64,000 nt of DNA, from assembly GCA_028534125.1 (NCBI GenBank), contig CM052816.1, positions 53,756,001-53,820,000 of the forward strand. Reading direction: 5' to 3'. The stretch's first letter is position 1, and each line of letters starts with the position of its first letter. This DNA is from Lama glama. Taxonomy: Eukaryota. The position numbers were made by a program, and so were the translations under genes. The notes beneath the pieces were generated by a model. That model worked only from the letters and a program-made list of their open reading frames with translations, was not told the origin of the DNA and ran no database searches. Positions 39,464 through 52,400 of the stretch are shown here, piece by piece.

Positions 39464-40999
39464 GTAGGGTTTATAACTCACTGAAAAACATTGTTCACTA
39501 TGGCCTGCGTGCTATGCCTCCTGTAAAACAGCAAGGCCTAGAACATAATATTCAACAAGCAGGTTTAAATACAGTTTATACTATTACAATAATTCCTTTC
39601 ATTTACATATCCCTGTGTAGTTTTCAAAACAATCTGTAACCTCTTTTTATTTGATGTTGTCTCATGGACACATAAACTAATAAATGTTGAGAGTTGAAAC
39701 AGAAACTCATGCTTTCCTGAACTTGAGCCCACACTGCCTGTCGCATTCATTAGCGTATTGAAAAACATAATTTTACATTTAATAAGCCTTTAATGTGGGC
39801 CTTTAAAAGTAACTTTCTTTTGTAAAAATATAGTTTATTTTAAACCTCGAGTAGTCTCTTTCTAATCTATTTTATACTCTTCAACTTGTACATGAACTTA
39901 TATAGAGGTAAAGCTAGAATTAATAAATCACTTGTGTATTGTCAAGAAACAAACAGCTAAAAAGATTCAGGGCAACTGTATGCAATGAAAAGAATACTAA
40001 ATAGGAAGGACTTAGAATTCCTGGGTTTTAGCAAATTGAATAAATGCACTTACCTTTCTTTGTATCTAATATGGGGTAAAGTTACATGGTTTTTTATAAA
40101 TCCCTTCAGTATTAAAAGTCTGAGTGATTTGCATAATAAAAAATATTTTGGAGTTACTTTCTAACACACCTATTAAGAATTAACCTAATAGACTTATCTG
40201 ATCCAAGATCAAATGGCAACTCTTTATTCTGAAACCTTTATTCCTTGGGAAGCCAGAGCCCCTCACTATTATCTCGTCATCCCTTACCTTACATAGAAGT
40301 AATGTATTCATTTTTTTCCCCCTTTATTTCCCTATCAAAATCTATGTGTTAAATATCTGATGAATCAAGTTATGGTGCTTTACCTTCTAAAGTAACAAGC
40401 TTGAGAAATGGAGAAAATTACTTCACAAAGAAGAGAATTTCAAGAATGATAGAGACCATTGAGGAAGACATGTGATGTAGCTACGAGTGCATCGTGTACA
40501 TACTGGTCTCCATCTCACTTATTCACAAGCTCATGTGTGATTAGGGGCTCACCATTTTCAGTACATATTTGAAATATTCCATTAACATTAGGGCTTTTCA
40601 TAGGTTTATCTGGATACATACAGTAGTGAGTCGTGTGACAGTTCCATTCTAGCTAACAGAGGGAAAAGGCAACTTTTCTCATTAGACGTTACTACATTTT
40701 TTCCCATCAGCAAGTCTTCTTGAGGATAAACAGATTTCCTCAAGAATTTTCCTAACATAAAAATTTAAATGATGGTGCCTGAAGTGAACTGGATTCATAT
40801 TGAACTCCTGTGTAATAACATGAGAAAGTATCTTAGATGCTGAAATGTATCTTTATTATTTATAGTGTAAGCCAGTTATCTAAGTTAATATGTATGTGCG
40901 TTTAACTTTGATACCACAACAATTCAGAATATCCTTATTCAGCAGTTTTGTCTTTATAAATTTGGGTAAAATATATTTTGCTCTTTGTGAAAGCTGCTG

Positions 41000-41230
41000 C
41001 TGCTGAGTGCCTCGCCATGTGGCAGACCATTGTGTCCTCATCACCTTTATATGTTTCAGACCATTTAATCTTCACAACAGCTCTGGGAAGTAGCTAATAC
41101 CCTCCTTTGCTGAAAAGGAAACTGGGACCCAGAGAGGTTGAATACCTTGCTCAGTCTTACAGCTGGTGGGTGGCGGGGCCAGGATTCGAACTTGGACATT
41201 CCAGCTTGAGAACCTATGCCTTTCACCACT
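41000..41230 (-). mobile_element. MIR
   Basis: ggaaactgggacccagagaggttgaataccttgctcag...ggattcgaac. Confidence 0.8.
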
Positions 41231-42160
41231 GTAAACTATTCCAAAAGCATATAGGCACTCCTAGCTTTTTGATGTGTGATACATAAATTAATCCTCATAA
41301 AGTAGATGCTTTTATCTTTTACAATAATATTTTAACTTGAGGGTATTTTCCGAGGACACTTCATCAGCTGGATCACAGGCAGGGCCAACAGTTTGTCCTC
41401 TTATCTAAGATACAGCTCTGCACTTACAATCATTTCAACTAGTGAAAAATTAAGCTTCATGTTTAAAATACACATAAATATACTATATGAATCACTTCTG
41501 CAAAGAGCCCTAATATATCATGATTTATACATAAAACATTTAAACATGTAGCTCTTCAGTATAGCTTTACCATTTCTTTTGCCTATGGAAAACTTCTGTA
41601 CTAGCTAAAATAAGTAACAACTTTTTATTGATTTTGCTTTATTGCCTTTGAATTTAGAAATTTTTGAAGATGATTTGAATGGCTCATTTCCCTCTCAAAA
41701 TTTGTTCCTAAGATTAAACCATTCCTTCTTTCTCTAAAGAAAGTTTCCCATTATAAGTAGAGATACTACAAATTATTTTTTATCCCTATATCATCTTCAT
41801 AATCATTCTTTAAAAACAGTTTTTACCACAGTTAAAATATTTGAGTTTGAAAAGTGAGGTACTCTCACATTGGGTTTACTTGGTTGAGCTTTTCTTTGCG
41901 TTTCCCTGCTTGTTACCAGACTACCTTCTCTGCCTGTTGAAGTCCCTCCAAGCCCAGCCTGGCGCAGCAGGCCAGATGTCTGAATGACCGGAGGGCCGAA
42001 ATAGGAAATATTGAACAATCAAGGTCCACTAAATGTTGAACAAGTGGGGTCCCATAAAATAAAATTCAGCATCTGATTTCATTTGTGATGAATCTTGACT
42101 TGTGTCCTTAGGTACAATTAAATGGTTGTAAATCAAAGAGCATCTGGTTGTTTTTTTCAG

Positions 42161-42320
42161 AGAGTAAATCTGGACATGAAAGTGGAGAACAGGACGGGGA
42201 AGGAGACAGCAGTGAGGACTCCAGTGAGGACTCCAGTGAGGATGAGAGTGACAGTGGAAGTGAGTCAGAAGCAGACAACAAAAGAGCAGCCAAGAAGAAG
42301 TCCAAAACCAAAGGAAAAGG
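42161..42320 (+). CDS. AP3B1: AP3B1 exon (~19), acidic hinge SKSGHESGEQDGEGDSSEDSSEDSSEDESDSGSESEADNKRAAKKKSKTKGK(G)
   Basis: tttcag / gtgaat; 160 nt keeps frame with flanking exons. Confidence 0.93.
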
Positions 42321-44084
42321 GTGAATGAATGATTTTGTCAGAATTTCCTTAAAAAAATATTCTGTGGTATTTTCCCCCAGGCTAACATTGAGTGAGAAAA
42401 TAAGTGTATGTTTTTTTTTCGCAGATTTTAAATCTTACAATACTAATTTAAAATACTAATTCACCTTACTCTGCTACTTGTAATGCTCAGTTTTCATTTT
42501 GAACTTGAACAAATCTTGGGGTTACACTTTGAAAATTGGTGTAACCTTGGAAGGCTGAGTTAAGTGATCAAGCAGTAGGTATGAAACACTTAATTACCTC
42601 TTGCAGCAGTTTTGCTGAGGGCTGAAATTAAATCCTTCAACACTTTGCCATTATGTAACTAAGACAATTGATTTTTCTAAATAATGTTATATTAAAAAGA
42701 TTATGAGCCAAATATTAGAATCAGGGGCTGTGAAGGGAGACGGTCATAAGATACTTAAGCGTTAGCGCTTTTTAAGATCTCCCATTATCAACAACATTAT
42801 CAGGTATTAAAGTGTCGTTAAAATTTTGAGTAATTGGGGCTAATCCCCTGGATTGGCTGAGTCTCTTTCCTCCGCGCTGTCAGTGAGTGGCCTCTGCAGA
42901 CACGCGAGGCGCTGTCCCCGGGAGCCTGCTGCCCGCTCACTTGATGAGCTTGCAGCCCAGCTCTGTCGTGGCTGACAGCGCTGATTGGGGCGCAGTACGC
43001 TCTCTGCTCCTTTTATTACAGACAGTAATTAAAGCAGCTCGCCCTGCCACTTCCATAACAAACACAGCATAATGCCCTAATTATGACTTTATTAATTTAA
43101 GTCAGGATTTAATGATTTTAAAAGTGATTTATATTGTTTTTCCTGTTCAGAACAAATGAAATCTGTAGGTTAAATTAATACAGGCTTTTCATCATTGCAA
43201 AGTTAAAAAGCTAGTTACCAGTAAATTCTTTTCATTAGATTAACATCTGAAACTCTAAGCAGTAAGGTAAACAATAATTACCCATCAAAATTGAGTGATG
43301 CATAACAAAATAACACTTTTAACTTTAAAATCTTATCTTAAAAGCTAGAAGTGAAATATATCAGAATCATTCACTTGTTGCAGCAAGCGCGTTACCTGGT
43401 TTGTAATACAGCCTTTTCTTCGAGAGAAGGTCTGTGCTTCTAATTTAGTATTAGAGTATCTGTAATGACATAGTTCACAAAAAGTGTCTTATTTCTTAGG
43501 AAGGGCGAGTTCTGACCAATGCACTAAGTATCTCTTCCGATAGCAAAAGTCAATATGCTAGGAACGTATAATCATGTATTATGTTAGTTTCATTATTTTC
43601 TGTCTTCAGAAACGGACTTCTCTTTTGCTCATGTTTGAATTTAAAAGAATTGTTTATTATACCACAGAGAATCTCAGATACATTCTGAACCTTATATTTT
43701 TAAGTACATGTTCTAACCACTAAGTGGGGGATAATAAATTGCCATTCTTTGCTAGAAGAAAAACAACATACTTTTTAGTCATCAGATAAAATTGCATGCG
43801 CTCTGAGATGTTGCCATGACTCCATTTTTAATAAACAGCAATCATATTTCCTCCACAAAAATCAATTCAAGGAAATATTGATTCTTCCCTTGCCTCACCA
43901 CTCTCTCCCCCTCTGTGTTTTTCTGCCTGTCTCTTAGAATTGTTTTTAAACTTTGCTGATATAACTATATGATAATTTTTTTAAGGCTAAGTAGCTTTAA
44001 GTATCTTTAAAACCATCTTCTGGTAATCATAGCTATTTATGACTAAATTTGAGTTTTATACTCCAAATTATTTTCATTTGAAGG

Positions 44085-44770
44085 GAGTAGTATAAGGTAG
44101 TGGAGAAAATAGGGTCTTTAGAATAAGACAGACTTGAGTTCTAATTCCATTTCTGCCCCTTCTGGCTATGTGTCCTTGAGCAAGTTGCTCTACTTCCCTG
44201 AATATTATAGGATAACAATGCACCAGAAGGAATATGGTGAAATATCTCAAGTAGGTAATTGCTTATGAAGTGCCTAACACTACCTGGCACAAGATAGATT
44301 TTTTTTTAACACACACACACACACACAGTAAAGAGAACTAGACCTTCAATCTTGAGAAAATAAAAAAGACCACAAGGCATCTCTCATCCCCTGAGAGAAG
44401 ACCTTTTGGCTGTCTTATATGTTATCTCTTCTCCTTCGAGAGCCACCTTCCCTCCCTTCTGCCTGCTTTATTCCTCTTTCTCAACTTAATGTGTCTCTTC
44501 CTCTAGATGCAATCCCAATCTTGGTCAAGTTTCCTTCAAATGTTCTCATGACACAGTATACTTTATTATTTATTGCTTACCATACTTTGTCACTGCCAGC
44601 TTACTTCTCTATATCCTCCAGTGGATTTGTAGACTCTGTAAGGGACATACAAGGAGATCAACTGTATCTTACTAACCATTGTTATTCTTAGCACTTAACA
44701 TAGTGCCAACACATGGTGGGCAATCGGCAAATATTTATTAAATGAAAGAGTGAGTGAACAAATTAATGAA
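44085..44770 (+). mobile_element. MIR (~44085-44290), (AC)n at ~44310-44326, and L2 3' end (~44500-44770)
   Basis: MIR core; L2 tail aaatatttattaaatgaaagagtgagtgaa. Confidence 0.7.
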
Positions 44771-45416
44771 TAGCATCAGCACTTAGGTTCAATCATTTGC
44801 TGTTTCAGAAGCTTATATTTGATTATCTCACATTTTTTAGTAGGACTTAGTACATTAGAAGAATTCTCTCTTGAACTGGTTAACATTTTTTCATATAATA
44901 TGTCTAAGGGTGACATTTGGGAACATATGTAAGTAATTTTCTTGGATATAAAAATGCATACAGTGGATGTCTATTTTAGCAAAAGTGGATGTATAAATAT
45001 TTAAATTTATTAACGAACACTTAGTATCTTTGAGACAGCACTTTAAAATCAGCCCAAGTATCTTTGAAGTTGTTAATGTTAGCACCTAATCTGTATTCCT
45101 GGTAAATCAAATATTTAATTATCAGTTATTTTCTACTTATGTGACCATTTAGTGTTATTTTATGACCTTTTGCATTTGAAGTCTGTGATGTGGTATACTT
45201 GGTTTTGAATGGATTCTTACTTATTTGGTTACAGATAATACTGCCTTTATTATTTTATTAATATGTTATAGAATTTTAAAGCTATTTTTATTGTCTTTTT
45301 ATATACTAGGGAGAAATGATTCTCAGTGGAAAATACTGCTCTAATAAAGACTGACTCATAGGCAAAATAGACAAATGGCAACACTTGTCATTTGATTCTT
45401 CAAACTGCTTAAACTT

Positions 45417-45572
45417 TATATAAGGATTAATATTAGGATTTAATATTTATATATAAGGATTAGTATTTCAAAAGGGTTAATATTTGTATTATTTATATAA
45501 AGATTATATAAGGATTTAATATTTCAAAATTTATTATTTATGTAACGATTTCATATTTCAAAATTTATTATT
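45417..45572. repeat. AT-rich degenerate minisatellite, ~34-bp unit
   Basis: 45505-45538 vs 45539-45572 match 31/34; partial units upstream. Confidence 0.85.
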
Positions 45573-45580
45573 CTGTGTAG

Positions 45581-45728
45581 TGATTCTGAAGATGTGGATA
45601 AGGAAAATGAAAACTCTAAAAGTTCAGATTCTTCCAGTGCTGAATCTAGTTCAGTAGAAGACAGCTCTTCAGATTCTGAATCAGCATCAGAGTCTGAAAG
45701 TGAATCTGAATCCAGAAAAGTTACTAAG
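45581..45728 (+). CDS. AP3B1: AP3B1 exon (~20), DSEDVDKENENSKSSDSSSAESSSVEDSSSDSESASESESESESRKVTK
   Basis: gtgtag / gtaaga; 148 nt; ORF 45594..45806. Confidence 0.95.
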
Positions 45729-48479
45729 GTAAGAGATAACACATTTGTTATAGCTGAAAGTAAATCGTCTTATAGCCTTTTCCCAATTAAGAAAAAGTAT
45801 TTCTGAAGATTTGTGTTTTGTTGAAAATAAAGAAACCAGGAAAGGAATTTAACATTGTCACCAACAAGTAAAATAAACACGGTCTTCATTCATTTACACC
45901 TGTGATTTTATTTTGTTTTTTTAGATTATAGCTTCCTTTATAACTCAGCTCTGCAGAAAAATTAGAAACTGCTTTTAGCCTCACCGTTTCCAACCAGAAT
46001 TAGAGACTTCAGTGTCATGAGTATGGCTTTTTTTGTTCTTGGCTAGGATGTGACAAGGGGGGCTTTTGCCAAAGAGAAATTAAAGAGAAGTCACAGAAAT
46101 AGTATTAAGCAAAGGAAAATAAGTGTGCATGCATCATAAGAAATTGAGACTAATATGCTTTCTAAAAAATATTAGGCATTTGGATAAAAATATTTTTAAA
46201 GGGTTAAAGAGTATATTATTTAATAGTTAATAAAATGCAGTAGCCATATATTTAAAAACAAATGCAAGAAACACTCATGTAATAGAATGATAATGCTTTT
46301 TGGTACAACATTTGTAACACTGAAACTTGTCTACTTAGCAGCAAAAAATAAAGCCATGAATTGGAAAAATGTAGTTATTAATACAAGATTCAGACCTACT
46401 ACATATCTTCCTGGTCTTTAATTGTCATTCCCTTCCTGCAAATGGATCATGGTGATGCTAGGTTTCAAATGCAGTAGTTTTTTATAAATAAATGTATTAC
46501 TCCATATGTTGAAAATACGGTGACACTTTACCTTTTACTGAATTCAATTTCTTTTTAACCTACTGTTTTTATTTGTTCTAGTAACATGAATTTCTTCAAT
46601 AAGTCATTTGAGTAGACAAGTATGAAAATAAATTCATCAAAGTAATAATTGCCCTCCCCATCCCAAGATTTATTGTTAAAGAATAAGCATATATTTTAAA
46701 AAAGAATAGGTGTATTTAAAAATTGGCTAGTATTTGTCTTACCTTGTTTCAAATATTCTTGCTTGTAGTAAAGCCTATTTCAACTTGAATTTATATTTAA
46801 AACTTGTGTCTATATATAGTATATAATCTAAGATTTTTATTTTTCAAAAAAAATCACATAAAATCTTAGAGATTTTTAGGTTTATTAATCTGACGTCTTA
46901 TAAAAACTTGATCACATAGTGAGTTTGATATTCTCTTGTTTCCTACTTATAGCACATTACAGAAAAGCTTAAGATATTATTTAAAATAAAGGAGCTTTAG
47001 AAATTGAGAGTAAGTACAACCCAGAATAAGAAATCAGTGTATTTTAAAAAAATGACTTAACAAGAAATTAAGGAATGTTGAGTGGGCGAAATCAAAGTGA
47101 GTTGTTCTAATGAAGTTTTGTACAAGTTGAAAATTGTAGACTTCAGTGCCTATATAGTATTAGAAGCAGGGCTTTAAGACGCAGCAGAAGGCCACAGAGG
47201 TACCCTAGGTCAGAGATGCAATTTGTTTTTTCTTTGTAATTTTCAATGATCAGATTAGATAGTTGAAAATATTTTACTGTAGAGTATCAGTACAAAATTT
47301 CAAAGTATTGACCCTTGAGAAATTCAGGTTTTACTCACATTGTTGATAATTTTACGTCTGTTCTGCTTATATAACTTATTTTCTCTGTAACAGGCACTTA
47401 GGATTGTTTTAACTCATCATTTGGAATACTCTTCACCTTAGAGCCACCACAATTTTTTTTTTTATTTCTTTCTGAGTGATTTGAAGTATACCATGCAATT
47501 ACAAGAGTACCAGTTTCCTAATAATAAGCAGCTCTGTAATTACAGAAAAGTCCTCCTTGCACCAAGTTTTGTGGCTTCTGCTCTAAATTATGAATAATGA
47601 AGGCAGATGGTGGGTGCTTTACCTTAATTTTGCATGACAGTATGTTAGTGCTGAAAATTCATATGCCTGAAATCTGGAGCCCAACTACATCTATACTTTT
47701 TCTCTTCCTTTACTTTCATTTGGACAATGTATTTTGGGAATATTGAGCATGAAAATGGGACCTTGTGGCTGCCTTGAATATATGGCTTTGAAAACAGTTC
47801 GTTTTATGGTGGTCCTGTGAGATAAGTATAGTGTTCTGATTGGAAGATAATATCTTCATGCTTCAGTTTCCTCATCTATAAAGTAGAAATGCTAATACCG
47901 ATTCTGCTTCTTTCAAGTACTATTATAAAAAAATCAAATGTGAAAGATCAATGTAAAGCATTGTAAAAACATAAAACAGCAGGGTTAACATTTTTTAACT
48001 TGAACATTGATTTCCTGAGAGACTGACAGTGTTAGAGTTACAGAACACCCGTGCTAAAAGGAACGGAACTTTTTTTTTTTTCTTTTTGTAACTCTTATGT
48101 CTCCTGTGTTTTCCAACTCTCTTTGTACCATTCAAGTTAGGAATTAACATTCAAGTGTAATCCCTTACCTGCAGCCCATGGTCTCATCCGCTTTCTGCAC
48201 AAGACTGAGCTGCCTTTCACTGTGAGCATCTCCTGCCTCTCTGCTCTCTAGCACACAGTCTATATTTACCCTCCTGCTTTTTCCCCGAGTGTGGCTCTGA
48301 ATAAGCGATCCCTATCCACTTAGCTGAGATTCTTTCCTTTTGACCTTCTTTTGTTGATAATCACCTCCCTCTGCATCTTCAGTCTCTTTTTCCCTAATTC
48401 CTCCTCCGCCAACCAGAACAGTCAGGTCTTCCCTAGCATTTAAAGAGAAGAAGGGAGCGGAAGAGAGAGACAAGATGTG

Positions 48480-49480
48480 TGAGAGTGAGAGTTTAGAAAA
48501 ATAATCTAGATGTCCTCCACCCAACCTCTTAATCCAATTATTTCTTAGTCTCTTTTAATTTGGTTTTTATTCCTATCACTTCCTGCAGATACTGCTGTCT
48601 GAAAAATTAGCCATGATTTTTCTCCAAACCCGGTGGCCTTCTCTTTTTCTATCTCTACAACTCTCCCCTACTACTTGAAACTCTCTGCATCGTTTTTCTT
48701 CTGACTTCTTTGACCCTTTAATCTTTTGATTGCCTCACTTTTTACCCCCTTCTGACACCCAGGTGTGAACGTTGCCCCAAAGTTAGTGCTTAGTATACAC
48801 ATTTTTTCAAAACTATTAATTGATGTGAATGAATTTATTTTTAGTCCTTTTTTCCCTCTACATTTTTCTGTTGTGAGACTCACTCATTAACTCTTATAGC
48901 TTCAGCTAAAACATTTATGTGAGTTACTTCCATGATTCTATCTCTAACTAAATCCCTACAACTCTAACCTTTCTTTCCAAATTCAAACCAAATTCTTAGA
49001 CCTCTAAGGAGCTACTGATTTTCCAAACCTAATATAGCCAGAAGACATGATCTGCCATTTGGTACCAGCATTCTTTCTGTGCTCCCAGATATGTAGCCCC
49101 ATAATTGTCTTTGACTTCTCCCTTTATCCTGTATGTTTACACAGTTGCCACGTCCTAGAGATTTGTGTCTTATTTCTCATATCTTTTTCTTCTTTTCCAA
49201 CCACCATTATAGATCAGCTCTTCATTATCTCGCTCGTAGACCATTGCCTTTGGTCATCCTCATACACTTCCCCAATGCCAGTCCTTCTATACAGCTCCAG
49301 GACTGATGTCAGTGTTACCTGTAATGTTGCCCCATTGTCGTTTGAGTTCAGTCAGCTCCTCAGGCTGGCATGTCCAAACCCACCTTTACAGTCTTAACCT
49401 AACCATTTGTGTTCAATCCCAGTGAACTGCTGTGGTTCTCGTAGCATGCTGTGTGCTTTTCTGTTTCTGTGCCTTTGTTC
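48480..49480 (+). mobile_element. Decayed L2 fragment
   Basis: Pyrimidine-rich L2-like motifs; boundaries approximate. Confidence 0.55.
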
Positions 49481-52400
49481 TTCCTTTTGCATCATTTCTC
49501 TTATTATAGAAAATACAAGCTGAGGACTTCTGGTTGAAACTGACTGCATGGAGTGAAAAGTATTACTGACCAGAGGGTGTCACTCATGTGAGTGGTGTAA
49601 GGACAGTCAAGGGAACCGCTGTTGAACTGTTTATGTTCCCGAAGTGTTTGTCATTCAACACCACACTCCATCATAGCCGTGAGACACAGAACTGTAGTGG
49701 TACATTTGTGTGTCCTCATTTGAAGTCACATATTATCAGTGATGACCGAAGAAAATTATCCTGTTCTTCAGTTGCAGTTATTTTGGTGGGCAAGCATATT
49801 TTTATTTGTAGGTGTTCTTTTCTGAAATAGATATAATAAATATTTTTAATTTGAGCCATATCCTTTTTGTGAAATAATTATTTTGCCCTAAGTACTCTTT
49901 AAGAATATTAGTTTTAATAGTTCCCTATTTTTAGTGTTTTCACATACTTTACACAGTGCTTAGGAAACTTTTTTTTTTACACCGAAGAGTGGAAAGAAAA
50001 ATTACTAATGTAGGCCACATTACATCAAGAAGAGATTCACATTTATATCACTTTATCCTATTTTTAACTGATACAATTAAGTTATGTTCTGCTTATAGTT
50101 AAAATATTTAATAAATGAAATACTTAAAATATATTTTTTTAAGTTACCAGTGTTTTTTTTCCTTTATGGAACCTGGGCTTCAATGCTTTTATCACCAGCC
50201 AGTAGGTTAGCATGTTCTGTATACTGTAGTTATTTCTGCTATCGCCTTGTCAGTCCCACTGCTCACACCTCAACTGTGATACACCAGTTCTGATTAATAT
50301 CTTCAGTGCTTGTGTACTAACTGCTGAACATTCAGATTATCTGTGGTTAAAATTATAAAATTTTGTCATGATTAGAATTATGAATAGTTTTATGTATTTT
50401 TGTTATGAATATTAACAGCATTTGATTACATAAACTGTATAAAGGCTAATAATCTATCATGGAAAAATGTATTTAATATACTTGCACCTAATAATTTAAT
50501 ATAAAGAGCATTTTCATATTTGAATCAAAACTGATTATTGTCTATACCAGCTTTGAGAAAAATTGTGCAGTCTGCATATACCTAGCAATGTTTGAGATGC
50601 TTCTGTCAGTGGTCTTTATCACGGGTTGTAGGGATCTCACAAAACCTTGCTAATCGCTTTTTGAGAGATACAAAGAAACTAATTAAATCTGTTACGTGCT
50701 CTGTGAACCAGTCACTGATTTTGTGACTAGTGTCCAGATATGCCTCAATAAAAGATCTACCATGTGAAAGATTCTTGAGTATAAAGTAAATATGGGATGT
50801 AGTGTGAATAGGTCGTGGATAAGAGTGAAAGGAGCTATTATGTTCTGATTAGTTTTCTGCCCTATTTGTGAAGTAGGAAACAAGTTTTACTTGTGTTTTT
50901 CCAGGTATTTATGACTGTTGCAATTACATAACTTCTGCGAATGTTATAGAATACTGGTTTTTACTCTGACAATTCCAAGTCTTGCCCTTTCAATTTATGT
51001 CTTTCCCAATTTAGTTCATATTTTACATCCTCCAGAACAGAAATATCATTTCACTTCAATTGAGATCTTTAAATCAAAGTGAATGCCATTAAGCAAGCTT
51101 TTTTATTGAAGTGGGTATAATCTAATAGAGAAGATTTGTTTAACAGTTTAGACTTCTTTTTTGACTTATATCGAAGTCTCAATTTACTGCCAGTGTACTT
51201 TTGTTTTAAAGCACAATGTAAGTATGAGCCTCAGATTTTTTAAAATCAAATTTGTTAGACGACTTGAAGGCAAGAGAGTCATTAAATTGTCTCTGGTTGG
51301 TAATTCTAATTGAAAATATCTCATGCAGATATCCTGCCCTGTGAGGCTAGAAATAAGCCCTGAATTTTTGTTGATATCAAAGCATAGTATGGGTTTAACA
51401 AACTTTCCAAACCGTTTATCTTGTTTTATAGTTTTAAATTTGAAACCTCTTTATGACGGTTTCCTCTTAGGAAGCATGTTTAATGCTTGTTGTGTCAGAT
51501 CTTTTTTTCTACTTGCTTTTTTTAAAAAAATCAGCATGAAAGTGAACATATGTAATAGATTTTTAAAAAATCTTTAGATATATTATCACATTGTTTTGTT
51601 TGTAGTATTTCTAGCTTAATAAGTATTTCCAGGATCTTTTATTTATTATTTAAAATGAAATATATTAAATTGAAATCAGTTTTTTAGCCCTGTGGCTTTG
51701 TATTCTATTTTTTAAATGTTGATGTGTTGAGGTGTATAATCGAATACCATAGTAACAAAATGGAGATTTGAGGATGATGAATTGATAACCAGGTATTTTT
51801 ATAGTGAGATTTTAAGATCGGTTACTGTTGTCCTTATAAAAGTCTAATACAGTCACTCAGCTGTTAAAAACCTAATCCTCTATTTAAAAAAATATACAAA
51901 AACAAATTGTCTATCTTTCTGCCTGATCTCTTCTCAAGTACTAACACAATGGAAACAGTGGGTGATCTGTCAATGTGTTTGGTTTGTCAATGATGGTTTT
52001 GTATAAATATTGGGAGGGTAAGAAATAAAATTCACACAGTAAAATATGATTTCATCTGCCTTTTCTCTGCAGCTCCATGGCTCATGCTGCGGTGTGAAAT
52101 TCTCATTTTACACACTTTGCAGGCGGAGCACATGAATTATGCATTGAGCAAGAAAAATCTCCTGCCTCAAGTCCTATATGCATTTACCTAGGTTCTGTCT
52201 CTATTACCAAGATGAATTGCAAATGGAGAAATGTTTGATGGAATAGGGCTCTTAACTTCTTTGTTTAGGATTCAGATTTTTATTTTTATAGTAGATCCTT
52301 TAAGTATGAAAATGTTTTGAACTTACTATGGATTTTTTAAAATGAAAAATGAAGTATAGTATAAGAGAGGAATGCCAAACACATCACGAGGCTTTTTATA

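Noticed and set aside
42108..42328. Antisense and alternate-frame ORFs over hinge exons (also 45551-45742, 54619-54819)
   Set aside because: Shadows of low-complexity Ser/Glu/Asp codons.
45417..45572. CRISPR-like repeat array
   Set aside because: Eukaryotic intron; units are adjacent with no unique spacers and no cas genes.
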